A stretch of DNA of 64,000 bases, from NCBI GenBank assembly GCA_965235115.1, contig OZ249441.1, forward strand, positions 13,888,001-13,952,000, in the 5' to 3' direction. Shown one piece after another: positions 24,201 to 35,824 of this stretch. Positions within the stretch are counted from its first letter, which is position 1. Every line of letters starts with the position of its first letter. A program made the position numbers and the translations under genes. The notes below the pieces were generated by a model, which did no database searches, had not been told where the DNA came from, and worked only from the letters and a program-made list of their open reading frames with translations. The stretch is from Laetmonice hystrix. Lineage: Eukaryota.

Positions 24201-27200
24201 GGAAAAAGTATTTTAAAACCCCTAAAAACGGGTAATTTTGATGAGAGTTTGGTTGAAGCAAAAATTAAAAATACTTCCTTTAGATTATACACCTATGTTC
24301 TTAAACCAGTTCTTATTCTAAAATATGATGAAGTGTCTTTTTTCCCCCCAAGGCCCTCCCATAACTGAGACAACCCAGCGCAATGCTACCATGCTGATCC
24401 CAGCCCCTCCAGATTTTAAGGTGAGAAATTCAATAGAGATAGGGGCACAGGTACACTACTGTGTATTATGTTGTTTCCTTACCATTAAAAATATAATTTA
24501 GGAAATGACATCCCATATAAGTCAGTCATAGGTAAGATATCATCCTTATTATACAAACTGACAGAGTCAGTATTGCTAGCATACCGTTAAGATGATACCG
24601 GTATAATTGTATAGAATGTGAGATTGATCAGAACTATTGTGGTAGTGTATGTGTCACTGTCAGATTGTGGAGGGTACTCTATCTTTCAGACTGGCCCATT
24701 CCTGTTGAAGACACCTCCTGTCTCGACATTTCACCAACAGCTGTGGCTTTTTGCTGAGATCATAACTGACAACGATGAAGGTATTTTCCTGAGAAGAAAC
24801 CCCAAATGGCTCAAAAGCAAATATGAGCTTGCCTTTCAGTGCATCTGTTAACTGTCGTTAGCAGCATCTTTAAAATTTACTGATTGGGATATCATACATG
24901 CAGTGCATTGTTTTTGCCTCTGAGTGGGTTAATTAGAAACCTTGTGGAGTAGATCATAGAATGCCACAAATTGGTGCACGTGCCCTGCAAGTTTTTCCAG
25001 TTGTGATTTATAATCTGTTTTCCCTCTCTAGAGGGAAGTTTCCAGTACACTTTTCAGGTTGGGGTACAGATAAGTGCTCAGTTAGAGGAGAACCGCTCGC
25101 ATCTTGTTTACAGTGGCACTATCCATAACAGATCTCGCAGCCTCCATTGTTCAAAGGTCGGTTCCCTTGCTTTCTCCCTGACGTCTTTGTGGATTGTTTT
25201 TATTCAATTCATGGACCTGTTTAATAATAGAAAAGGGACTTCTAAAGAGGTTCACCCTGTTTTCGTAGTCAGTCTTTTCACTACTGCTAAAAATAGATCT
25301 AGTACAGTAGTTCACTTGGTCGTCATCAGAAAATGAATTGTGTTGTGAAGTGGTTTGACAATTTTTTTTTAAAGTATTATATTCAGGGATGAAAGTTTTC
25401 AGGAAATTTCCTGAAATCAGGAAATTTGAAAAAATCCCCCCCCCCCCAAGAAATAACACCCAAAAAAGGAAATAGGCCTAGATCTATAGGCAAAAGAGGT
25501 AGGCCTAAGCCAAGGCTAAGTATTGCCCTGGACTGTGTGGTGGGCAATTAATATCAAATGAAACAATATCCCCTTCCAGGACGTTTTTTAACACCATGCA
25601 GCTCAATATATCTCTACCTGCCAAAGTTCGTTTATAGATGGGGATATTAGAGTGTCTCAAACCCGTCCAGTGTCACGGGTGCCACCGTGCATAGGCCGGT
25701 CTGCCAGGGGTGCTGGTCCCTGTAGCTGTGGTGACATCGCTTACATAGACCGGCCCGCGTGGGCTGACTTCTACCGGCACGCGGTGGCGTCTGTCCCGTC
25801 TGGCAGGCACGGCCCCGTGTCGCTGTGGTGAGAGCGACTGACCTCAGGTAATGACTTCAGGCAAAATTGATGGTCAGGCAGCTGCAAAGCCCGTTGATTC
25901 AGGCTTGCCATTATGCCATATCCATGCGCGAGTTTTGCCTGAGCGCTCACTTAGTGATAGCAACGAGACTATAGACAGACCGGTCTGTCTAGTCCCGGTG
26001 ATAGTGATTAGGCTGACGAACTACGCACCATCACAATGTCACTCCTTGCAGGAAACTGGGTCAATTTAGTTCTATGAATCTGCCTAGTATATATGTCAGT
26101 AAGTTCTCATAATGTGTTCTTGCATATAAATTTGAGGATAGTGGCATTACGTAAGTGGTTTTCACTGAAGTTTTGGGGTTGTCAGGACTTTTCATTACAT
26201 TTGTCGATCAGTGCAGGTGTCCTGATAAGACCGGAAGTGACAATTTTCACAACAACATGAGTGGCACATGGACACACGGGCTGAACCACTCGACTCAGCG
26301 AAGCCTGTGTTGCTTGGCTGAGAGCCGCTGAGGGTCGTGACTGCTGAGGGTCAAGACTGATAGACAGCCTGTGTGGTCAGTCTAACGTACATGGAAGCTG
26401 TTTGACAACGTAATCGGTTGCATTTTGGACGCTAAAAGCCGACTGGATTCCAATGTTGGAGAGAGACGGCAGAGCCAGGCAGAGGTTGACACTGACTGTG
26501 ACTGAGTGACAGGCAAGCAACAGCCTTGAACAGGGGCATGGACTGATGAGTGATGGAGTCTATCCAGCAAATTTGCAGGGGTGGGGGGTTGAGGGGGGGT
26601 GGGGGGGTGGCGACTAAATACTGAGGGCTAGGCCCTATAATATATAATAGCTAGGAGGCCTTATCGGATCATGATTGTCTGCTGTTCCTAGCCTGACTTT
26701 TTTTAAGGGGGGGGGGGGTAAGCCTTGGATGTGCGCATGAACAAATATTAATTATGGACATTGGCCCCCGCCGCTCCCCCCCCCCCCCCCCCCCCCCCCC
26801 CCGGTCAGAATTTCAGGAAATTTTACAGCTGGCCACTTTCATCCCTGTATATTGATACACACGTAACTATTTTGATGATATAGGTTGTACACTGATGTTA
26901 AAAAAGTATGCCTTTTTAACCGAAGTCTCATTTATTCTTGAAAAGAAAGAAAATTGTTTTCTTCTCCAGGAATGTGATAAGGTGATTCTTCTTCATCTGG
27001 GTTACCTAGACTACACAAACTATGTTATCACTATATATTTCTATGGTTTGGAGCACATCAAATTCAACATCAAGGATATCAAGTTCAGTGTGAGTATGGA
27101 GCTCAAGAACATTGCTTTGGTGTCAGAAAAGTTACACATGTACACGTAAAGAAATTGATAAAGAAAGACTTAATAATAACCTAAAGACTGTTTTTCTAAA

Positions 27201-30200
27201 AAATGTCCATTGAAGTTTTTTGTCTGTTTAGACTTGGAGAATTATGTAATGTTTGCAATGTCTGGTTTATATTTAGTTTAAGAGTTACAACCCAACCTTT
27301 ACTCAACTGGAAATCTGGTTCAGATTCGTCTTCCTGGTACTAACGTTTATTGCTACGGTGAGTGTAGTCTAAGGGTTTTCATCTTTCTTTCCATTAATCT
27401 TGATGGAAGCTGCCATACCACAGAAAGAATCTGCACTGAAGGCTCTGAATCATGATGTAATGAAGAGTGTCATAGTTAACTCTTTCTCATATGTATAGAC
27501 ATTTATCTTTGAAAAATAATTTCCACCTCTTTATACAAACCATTTAATGAAAATAGAATGAAATTATATAAACTACATTTGTATAAACTTGTGTGTCTGT
27601 TTTAGTGTCTGTTTGCCCATGGCCTTCGTAAGTTCTCCATGCGTGACTGGTCAATTGAACAGAAGTGGATGTCAGTGTTGCTGCCTCTTCTTCTTTTGTA
27701 TAACAGTAAGTTGCTGGTACTCAACCCAAATTATGAACGTCTAATCAAATCTAGCCCCACAGCATGAGCATTTTGTTTTTGACAAATTTATGTTAAAAGG
27801 AATATTTTTTTTCTTCTCATCATGTAAAGGAAGCTAGGGTGTCATTCTTGGATACAGTTGTATGTGATAGAAGGGCTTCTTCCAGATCCTGTCCTACACC
27901 TCACTCTCCTGCCAAACATGTTTGTTGTCATGTTTCATGAAAGTTTACTTGATCTTTGCAGATCCTGTCTTCCCCCTCACCTTCTTGGTAAACAGTTGGG
28001 TTCCCAGTATGTTCGATGCCATGTTCCAGGCGACATTCCTGTGTGCACTGCTACTCTTCTGGGTGTGTCTCTACCATGGCGTCAGACAGGTGGGTATTTC
28101 CTCCTGACCTCATTACTGGGCTTCAGGTGTAGGCCGAGGTCATACATGTACCTTCAATATGTCATCGTCTGTCTCATACAGCAGTTCTTGTGTTGTTAAC
28201 GTCTGTATGTCGGGATACTGTGGAAGGAGTAGGTTTGGATCATTTGTGTCAGAAATATATGAAAGCTCCACTTTGTCTATGTTTACAAGACACCTTTCAA
28301 AAGAGAGTGTCTGAGGTGATTATAAAGTTCATAGACTAAAGAGAAAATCATGTTTTGGTGTGAGTGCGTATGGAGAACTCTGTTATTTCATGATTGACAT
28401 TGGGGTTCTTAGAGAATGTGAAGAAAGTATTTGTTGGACTGCCTGCAGGGTACTCAGTGTAAATTAAATTGTTTGAAAGGTGCTGCATCTTAGATTCTCT
28501 TATATCTAATTGTTATGGCACTAATTTGGTATTTGCATTAGCTCAGTGAATTAGTTGATGTATTCTTTGTTGGTTGTTTTCCTGCCAGCCCAGTAAGAGT
28601 GTCTACACTATAGGCCACACTGATCTTACACAGGTGAAGGTAGAGTTTCTCTCTAACTTACTCTGTTTTGGATCTAAGATTAGCTAGACATTCCACAGGT
28701 TAGACTAGGATAAGAAGGCCATATATGACACAGGATAATTGGTTGAAAAACTTCCCAACCTCTAGCAGTCATGCTGAGATGCATTTAGCTATATGATTTG
28801 CAACAAGCAAGGCAGAAAGGGACTGCCATGGTCGGCCATGTGTGACAACACTTAACTCCCCTGCCGACATACAATTATTGGTAGCAGGTCAGCTGGCCTG
28901 GCGCTCATTATGTCGGGCAGTCAAATGTTTTAGCCAGTCTAGTGATTTCTAATTCTAATGGAAACCTAGACAACTTCTTCCAATTTTTTTCATTAGTTTG
29001 CGGATTTATTTGCAACTGGCAAGTAGATCAAGGGTAATCCTAACATCAGGGATCTAGATTTGAAAACTGTAAGAGCCTTATTTGAGCTGAACTTCTTCAT
29101 AGATGTTGCTCATCTTGTTTATATTGCCAACCAATTGCAGCTTAAATACTAATCTGACAATGTTTTTAGAAACCAGGTCATGAGCAGTGTAGTTTCAGTG
29201 TCACGACTCTTGGTGGCACCAAATTCATCTATACCTCGCATGCTTCCATTATTTAAAGACCTCACAAAGATAAGTTATGGCCTCACGATATTTCTTTGGG
29301 AATCATGCTATAGTTCCCTACAGTCCCAGAATGTTGGTGACGTTTTTGTGTGTGATGTTTTTGGTCTATTGTGTGATGTTATATAATTAAGGCGTCAATC
29401 TAAAATCCAGTTGGCTAATGTCTGTGTTCCAGTGGAATTGTTTTGCAAGAGCTTTATCACTGTGTATCATTTCATGATAAAAAGGATAACTAAACCTTCT
29501 TATTTTATATTATATTTGCAGAACAAGCGTTTATTTTTGACATTTTATGCACCCAAGTTAGTCATTGTGGGGCTCATCTGGATCGCTGCAGTTATACTGT
29601 CATCATGGCAGGAATATAATGAACTTAATGACCCCACATACAACTACAGACTGGATGCTGGCAACTTCTTGGTGAGTGTGGTTACCTGTAATTTCATTGC
29701 GAGGAACCCCCGTATTGTATATGTTGACTTGAGGAGAAATATCTTTCTTAGATTACTAATTGTGGTAAGCCAGGTAATGTTGTAGTCAGAGATATCTCTA
29801 ACCACATCTCTATTTCATGGAAAAGGTCTCGGTCTTGCAAGAGGATTTTATTGTAATTTAATAGAAACATTTTATCAATGTTGCAGGCATTTAAAGTGTT
29901 TTTCTTCACTGTGGGTGGAATCTATGTCCTTTATTTGATATATCTGCTGGTGCGAGCATATGCTGAACTGCGCTCTATGCCATATTTTGGTAAGTGTCAG
30001 TTTCCTTTTCATAGTGTATGAATATAAAAGGTAGAAATTATGTGAAACATTCTCATTAAAAATGATTTTCACTGCATACTTATTTGATTTGGCTAGCTGT
30101 TAGCTTCATATAAAATACATATAGTAAGTTTAATTAGTTTTGGCATCATACATTTATATGTCTGACTTTGCTGTTTCCAGATCTACGACTTAAATTTATG

Positions 30201-31192
30201 ACCTTCCTAATGGTGATTGTATTGGCCATTTCAATCGCCATTATGGTACTGCGGTTTGGTAGCACAGCACTACATGACAACTTCGTAGCTGAACTTTCTA
30301 CACATTATCAAAACTCAGCCGAGTTTCTGTCTTTCTATGGCCTCCTTAATTTCTATCTATATACAATGGCATTTGTCTATTCTCCGTCTAAAAATGCTGT
30401 GTTTGGTAAGTTAATACATTATGGTTGAAAAATATAAGCAAATGCATAAAAAAGAAGGAAAATAAAATTGTGATGTGTATATTTAAAGTACTTGATAAGA
30501 ACAAAGACATTATTCACTTCAAGGAATGTCCTGTGTTTTACACGTTTACAGATATTGTCTCTTTATTAATAGTTCTGGTACAGGATGATCAATCAGTATT
30601 GTTTACTTATAGTAGTATCACTATATAGTAAATTTTGGTAATCCCTTTTTAATCAGTGGCATCTGGATAGTTCGTATTATTAGTACAGTACCAGAGGAAA
30701 TAATATGTACGTATTGCTTAAGAGAGACTTGCATTCTGTTGTACAAATGTATTGTAATTTGTACCATCAGCACTTGAAGTATTTGACAGAATAATGGACG
30801 TCAGACCAATAAACTATTTCTGTTTTGGTCTTTCAGAATCCCACTTTAAAGATAATCCAGCACTGTCCATGCTGAATGATTCAGATGATGAAGTCGTTTA
30901 CGGGTAAGTCAATAGAACTGTCAAAGTCAAGTGTTTGATCCAGTTATGTCATCAGGTTCTAACAAATTACAGTTTGCTATATATTCCTCTACTTTGAATG
31001 TATAACAACGCTCTCAGTGCATGTATGCATTTATACATAAGTATCGGTATGTTATAGGTAGGTGTGTAAGTTAGCAGTTTCTAAAAATGTTTCGAAATGA
31101 TTCTTGTCAAATTCAGATCCGATCATGAGGAGACTGCATTGACGCGGAAATCATCACGACCTTACGACAGTGATGAGGAAGCATTTAACTAG
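21250..31192 (+). CDS. TMEM181: Transmembrane protein 181 (Wntless-related), 524 aa, 14 coding exons
   Basis: Exons 21250-21386, 24011-24114, 24353-24420, 24690-24780, 25032-25156, 26970-27089, 27277-27357, 27606-27705, 27962-28089, 29522-29671, 29887-29989, 30181-30405, 30837-30903, 31117-31192; all GT-AG, phases consistent, 1575 nt. Diagnostic SVQMRLYTLNKRQF, NPTFTQLEIWFRF, RDWSIEQKW, AEFLSFYGLLNFYLYTMAFVYSPS. Confidence 0.96.
21899..22137. mobile_element. MITE, same family as 6299-6586
   Basis: CAGGGCCGGATCCA..TGGATTCGGCCCTG (one mismatch); in TMEM181 intron 1. Confidence 0.8.
22412..22677. mobile_element. MITE with CAGTGGCGGATCCAGG-type TIR inserted into a poly-G tract
   Basis: CAGTGGCGGATCCAGG..CCTGCATCCGTCACTG (2 mismatches in 16); G-runs on both flanks. 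Confidence 0.75.
23029..23132 (+). CDS. TMEM181: Candidate alternative first coding exon of TMEM181
   Basis: ATG..MMQEARLYEIE-CC|GTAAGT; phase 2, identical to exon 1, giving ..EIEP-SVQMRLY with exon 24011. CTTCCG and GCATGCGCA motifs immediately upstream. Confidence 0.6.
25384..26847. mobile_element. 1.46-kb non-autonomous hAT-like element in TMEM181 intron 5
   Basis: Perfect 12-bp TIR CAGGGATGAAAG / CTTTCATCCCTG, subterminal CAGGAAATT motifs at both ends, flanked by direct repeat TATATT; no transposase ORF. Confidence 0.8.
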
Positions 31193-33071
31193 GGATAGGT
31201 ATACACTTCAGATGTCTGGCGCCTGCCAGAAAAATTTGAAAAGTTGTATGATCCATAGGTTACTTCTGTATAAAACGGTTAAAGTGATGGCAGGAAACAA
31301 AATCTAGTCAGAATGTATACGATATCAAGCTATGTTACAGCATGTTAAATGAATGGATGAGTGAAATGAATTACGGTTACTGTTAGTACATGTACTGGGT
31401 TAGCATTTCATGGTTATTATTCATGCAATACAATCCACACTGACATAGGACTTGTGTCTGCTCAAGAATAATATTGCACATGCACAGGACTCTGTTGTAT
31501 GCAGTATGTGTAGGCTCAGTAAACTAACATGCCAGTGTGTAACATTCTTATGCCATGATGATCAAAGTTATTTGAAATGCTAATATACATGTACAGTTCC
31601 TTATTATTCCATTATGCTATATGTATACTGTAGAATACCCAATTATTTTTACCATAATCTAGAAATGTCAATAAGCAGTTCCTGTGCACATTGCAGGACA
31701 TTACTGTAACGGTGTGAGGTCTGGAATTTTCTCTTTTGGAGGTGTCCTAAAGAACTTCAATTTTAGCAAAGCATATTATGGTACCAGGGAATTAGGAATG
31801 ATTATAAGAGTCCTTTGAGAAACAGTGTCGTCCATCGTTTGGAACTCAATACATTAACTGTTGCCATATTAGTGTCAGTACCCATCAGTTATCGTAGAAG
31901 GTTTCAGGATCCACTGCCAAAGTGAGTGTAGAATGTTATTGTAGTGCACATGAATGACATAGGATTATGCATGTGTATGCCACAGCTCTATATTAAAAGC
32001 ATACATATCATTGGCCTCAATCATTAAACCATGTATTTTGGTGTTAACTTAATTGGGTTGGGATACAGACCGTGCTCTACTGCATTCAAGGAATGTGGAT
32101 GTAAGCCTTTGGCCTTATCAATTTAAGAAGATTGGTTACTAGTAGACCCAGGGAGGCTGTGCCCTTATTTCCCGTGTGAAGGAAAATGAGCGAGTATTGA
32201 AACGGAATAACTTTGATGCATCCCAGTGCCAGAAATCCTAAACCAATGTGTAGACTGAAAACTGCTTGGTTTATGTTGGCCTGACCAAGATCAGTTCAGG
32301 AAGAAGCTAAAATCACAAAGACTATCGTATCTCAATCATATACATATATACCCTGTTGAATGAATATACCTGTGTCGGATGTGTGTGTGATCTGCTCTGC
32401 GAGTGTGTACTGTATACAGAGTATGAAGATAAAAAGTTTTCACAAATTAATTCAATAAGTTGCTAGGTACCGTCCACTATAGTACCAGTGGGATGGTCCA
32501 ATCACTGTTGATAAGGAGATCTTCTTGGGTTGTTTGGACCAATGAGGTTTATCTAGTGTCCCACTTCGGACAAGGAATTACGACCGTGGCTTGTCATTTA
32601 TTGTTTCTTGTCAAAATTGTTTGTACTGGTATGTGGATGAAGTGTAGAACATGTGAAGACTAGATGACGATGATACGTATAATAGAATAATATATTGTCG
32701 GTATTACACATTAAGAAATAATGGAAACAAACCCATTTGGTAATATACTCAGTGAACAAAGAGTAAGACTAGTTGGGAAAAAGCTTTATCAGCATTTCCT
32801 GATTTTTATCCTCTTTATGGGAAATAACATTTCCTGTTTGCTTGAATGTCATTGTTCTCAGGAAAAAAAAGAATCCCCTGAGGAATATTCTGTTGTGACC
32901 GGCGTGATGGGAAGTACTTGATCTGGTAAAATGGTTTTAATAGATGGATTTAGTGATTCTTAGGAGTCTTTTGTAAGATACTCGCAATACCTCAGTAGAG
33001 GTCTAAAATTCAGGCGACAGAATTTTTAAAAAAGTTTCTTTTCTAAAGCCCTAAAGTCACATTTATGGTTC

Positions 33072-33527
33072 AACTTTATGATAATGTATTTAATTGTTTT
33101 GTTTATTGATTTGGAACGTGTTGGTGATGTTTTTGTTGAATCTCAGCCATCTTAAGTAGGTCTCCATATGTGTACCCTAACACTGCAGAACTGTCGTCAC
33201 TTTAGTTGCTGTCAGACAGAAGTTACCCAGTAAATGTACGAGTCATGATGGAAGACTTGGCAAGTCTTCTAGGCCAAATAATGCAAATAACCGATAGAAC
33301 TTTATGATAATGTATTTAATTAAAATATTTTTAATTACCTATGTTTATTTGGAACGTGTTGGTGATGTTTTTGTTGAATCTCCGCAATCTTAAGTAGGTT
33401 TCCATATGTGTACCCTAACACTGCAGAACTGTCGTCACTTTTGTGAAGTTTAGTGAACAGTCATGAAGGAAGAAGACTTGGCAAGTCTTCTAGCCCAAAT
33501 ACCGTAATGCAAATAACCATTAGAAGC
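33072..33527. repeat. Tandem duplication, 2 x ~226 bp
   Basis: Both copies share TTTGGAACGTGTTGGTGATGTTTTTGTTGAATCTC, CCATATGTGTACCCTAACACTGCAGAACTGTCGTCACTTT and GAAGACTTGGCAAGTCTTCTAG. Confidence 0.9.
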
Positions 33528-33584
33528 ATACCTAGAACGTCCAAAATTTTGTTTCAGATCTTGTTTACTTGTATAAGAGACCTG

Positions 33585-33762
33585 GCCCCGGTTTTTAGTT
33601 GGCAAACCAAGTCTTAAGATTCAAATCTTAAGACTGAACTCTTGTTTCAGAGCTTCTTATTGGTCCTTTAAATGAAGTCAGCCAATGAGGGACCATAACA
33701 CAAGTCAGTCTTAAAATTCCAGTCTTAAGACTAAAGTAAAATGATGAACTAAAAACCGAGCC
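33585..33762. mobile_element. Harbinger-like MITE
   Basis: TIR GCCCCGGTTTTTAGTT / AACTAAAAACCGAGCC, flanked by CTG on both sides; internal AGTCTTAAGA repeats. Confidence 0.75.
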
Positions 33763-35824
33763 CTGCTGTGGTACTTTCTTCTCTCCAACCCTCATCTAAA
33801 ACCGGTAGTGCCTATGATCACAACCGGTTGTCCCTGACCAATTATATGATGCCCATGTGTGATTTATGGTTGTCATGGACTTGGTATGGTCACCATAGGT
33901 CATGAATAAACATTTTATTAGCAGCTCCTGTCCTGTTATGTTTATCCCAGAGTAGACAGTCAGGTTCGGAAGACTGGGCAAATCCTTGCCTCAGAGTCTC
34001 AGCTGATTTTCACTGGTATTTACTCTAGTCTTAGTAAGCTCTAAACGTGACAAGTTAGACATGCCCAATACGTGTACATATATTTAGAAATACAGTAAAC
34101 TTACTAGCAGATACTCACTGGTACCTCTCAGATTTTATTTCAAGGAACTCTTAAAACGTGTGAAATCAATTAATTGCAATGACAAAGTACCGTCATTGTT
34201 CCAATATTTTCTGTTGAGTTTGAAAGACCATGGGGCTAGGGGAATTATTTCCATTAAATAATTGGGTAGTCTAGAGGTAATTAGGTCTTCCTCTCTCCCC
34301 TTCCAAGACCCAAGGGGCAAAACTAAGGCAACACCAATTTCAAAGAGAAAAATCAAATTTAATTGTCAGATGTCATACTTATCCATCACTCGAAGGCAGC
34401 ACCTTACTAGTGGTCGGTGGGGTAAGTGTGAAGTCTAATCTCAAGAATCTATCATTTTTCCACCATTTTTAAACCACTTGAAAGTGTACATATCATAAGA
34501 CAAAATGAATACATTCATCAATCAGATATTAAAGTAGTAAATGTTGCACAACATTTAAAATTAAATTACCAGTTACATAATCAACCTGACCAATAGCCGA
34601 CTGGTGTAATATGTCGTAGGAGAGCTTGTCATTGACCAAAATTATTGGGGATCTCCCTATCTGTTCACTGACAGCTTGCAAGGGCATCAGAATTCTGGCA
34701 TTTTATGTTTTCACATGTGAAGTGACATAAAAGATTTATTCCCACAGAAGACCAGGTACAATGAGGCAAATTTCCTTTTAAACATGGGTGGGCTGATGAA
34801 AGACTTCATGGAAGACTAGCTTCAAACGTATTCAGAAAGCAATTTCAAAATGTCAACGACTAATTTATTGCAGTATTGTGGAGGGGGGGGGGGGGGGATC
34901 TGTGCTCTGAGCATACCGGTATATACAAGAAAAGTACCTTACTAAATGAGGCAGTATATTTTTACATGCTGAAATGACAAACATATTGTATGGCAAACTA
35001 CTTGTGGTACATTGTACTGTCAAAAGTCCAACTACCACTGTTGTTACTATGGACACCTTAATAACGTGACTTTACATAATATATGCTGTTATTGGGTCTA
35101 CACTCTTCCTTGCCATGGTTGCAAGGTTTATGGATGTGCTTTGAGATTGAAAAGCACCAGTAAGACATCCTATATACATGTACATGTACTACCTTCGACC
35201 TTAGCAAAGGCAGACAATTGAAACGTGTAGGCATGAATGATCCTTAGAATTATTTGCTAAATTCAAAAACATTCTAGATACCAAATCTAGCACTCTTTCA
35301 ATCCAGGGCACTTAATTTTTTTATTTCATTATTTTTTACTCAACAAAATATGGGCGAAAAATGTCACAACACTCATCAGCCACACAGAACAGAAAAGTGT
35401 GAACTTCTTTGACTGATCCCTCTGGGACTGAATCCAGACCAGTTTTCCCCAAATCTCCAAGTACCGGGGATACATTTTGTTTTGTATTCAAATAAATTAG
35501 CAATTTTTTTTAGACAATTCAAGGTAAAAAGTGTGATACATGTGCTGCTAAAGACAAAGAAGAATTGTCCATTGACCTCGCCACGTTCATGTTACTTGTA
35601 TCTACTGTTACAACAGCTGCTACAACAACATGAGAGATATGCCGCCACTGGTACCCAGCTTCATAAGATGGATGTTCTGGTACATATCACTTATTAGCCA
35701 TGTGGCACCATCATGGATCTCCATAGTACTTCCATCATGAAACCAGACTAGTGCTCATGGTGCCTACCTACACCGTGACAGAGTCATCAAGCATAACAGT
35801 CCTCTGAATAAGAACCATTTTGCT

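Noticed and set aside
33072-33527. Tandem pair considered as duplicated snoRNAs or a CRISPR-like array
   Set aside because: No C/D or H/ACA boxes in proper positions and no repeat-spacer structure; eukaryotic context.
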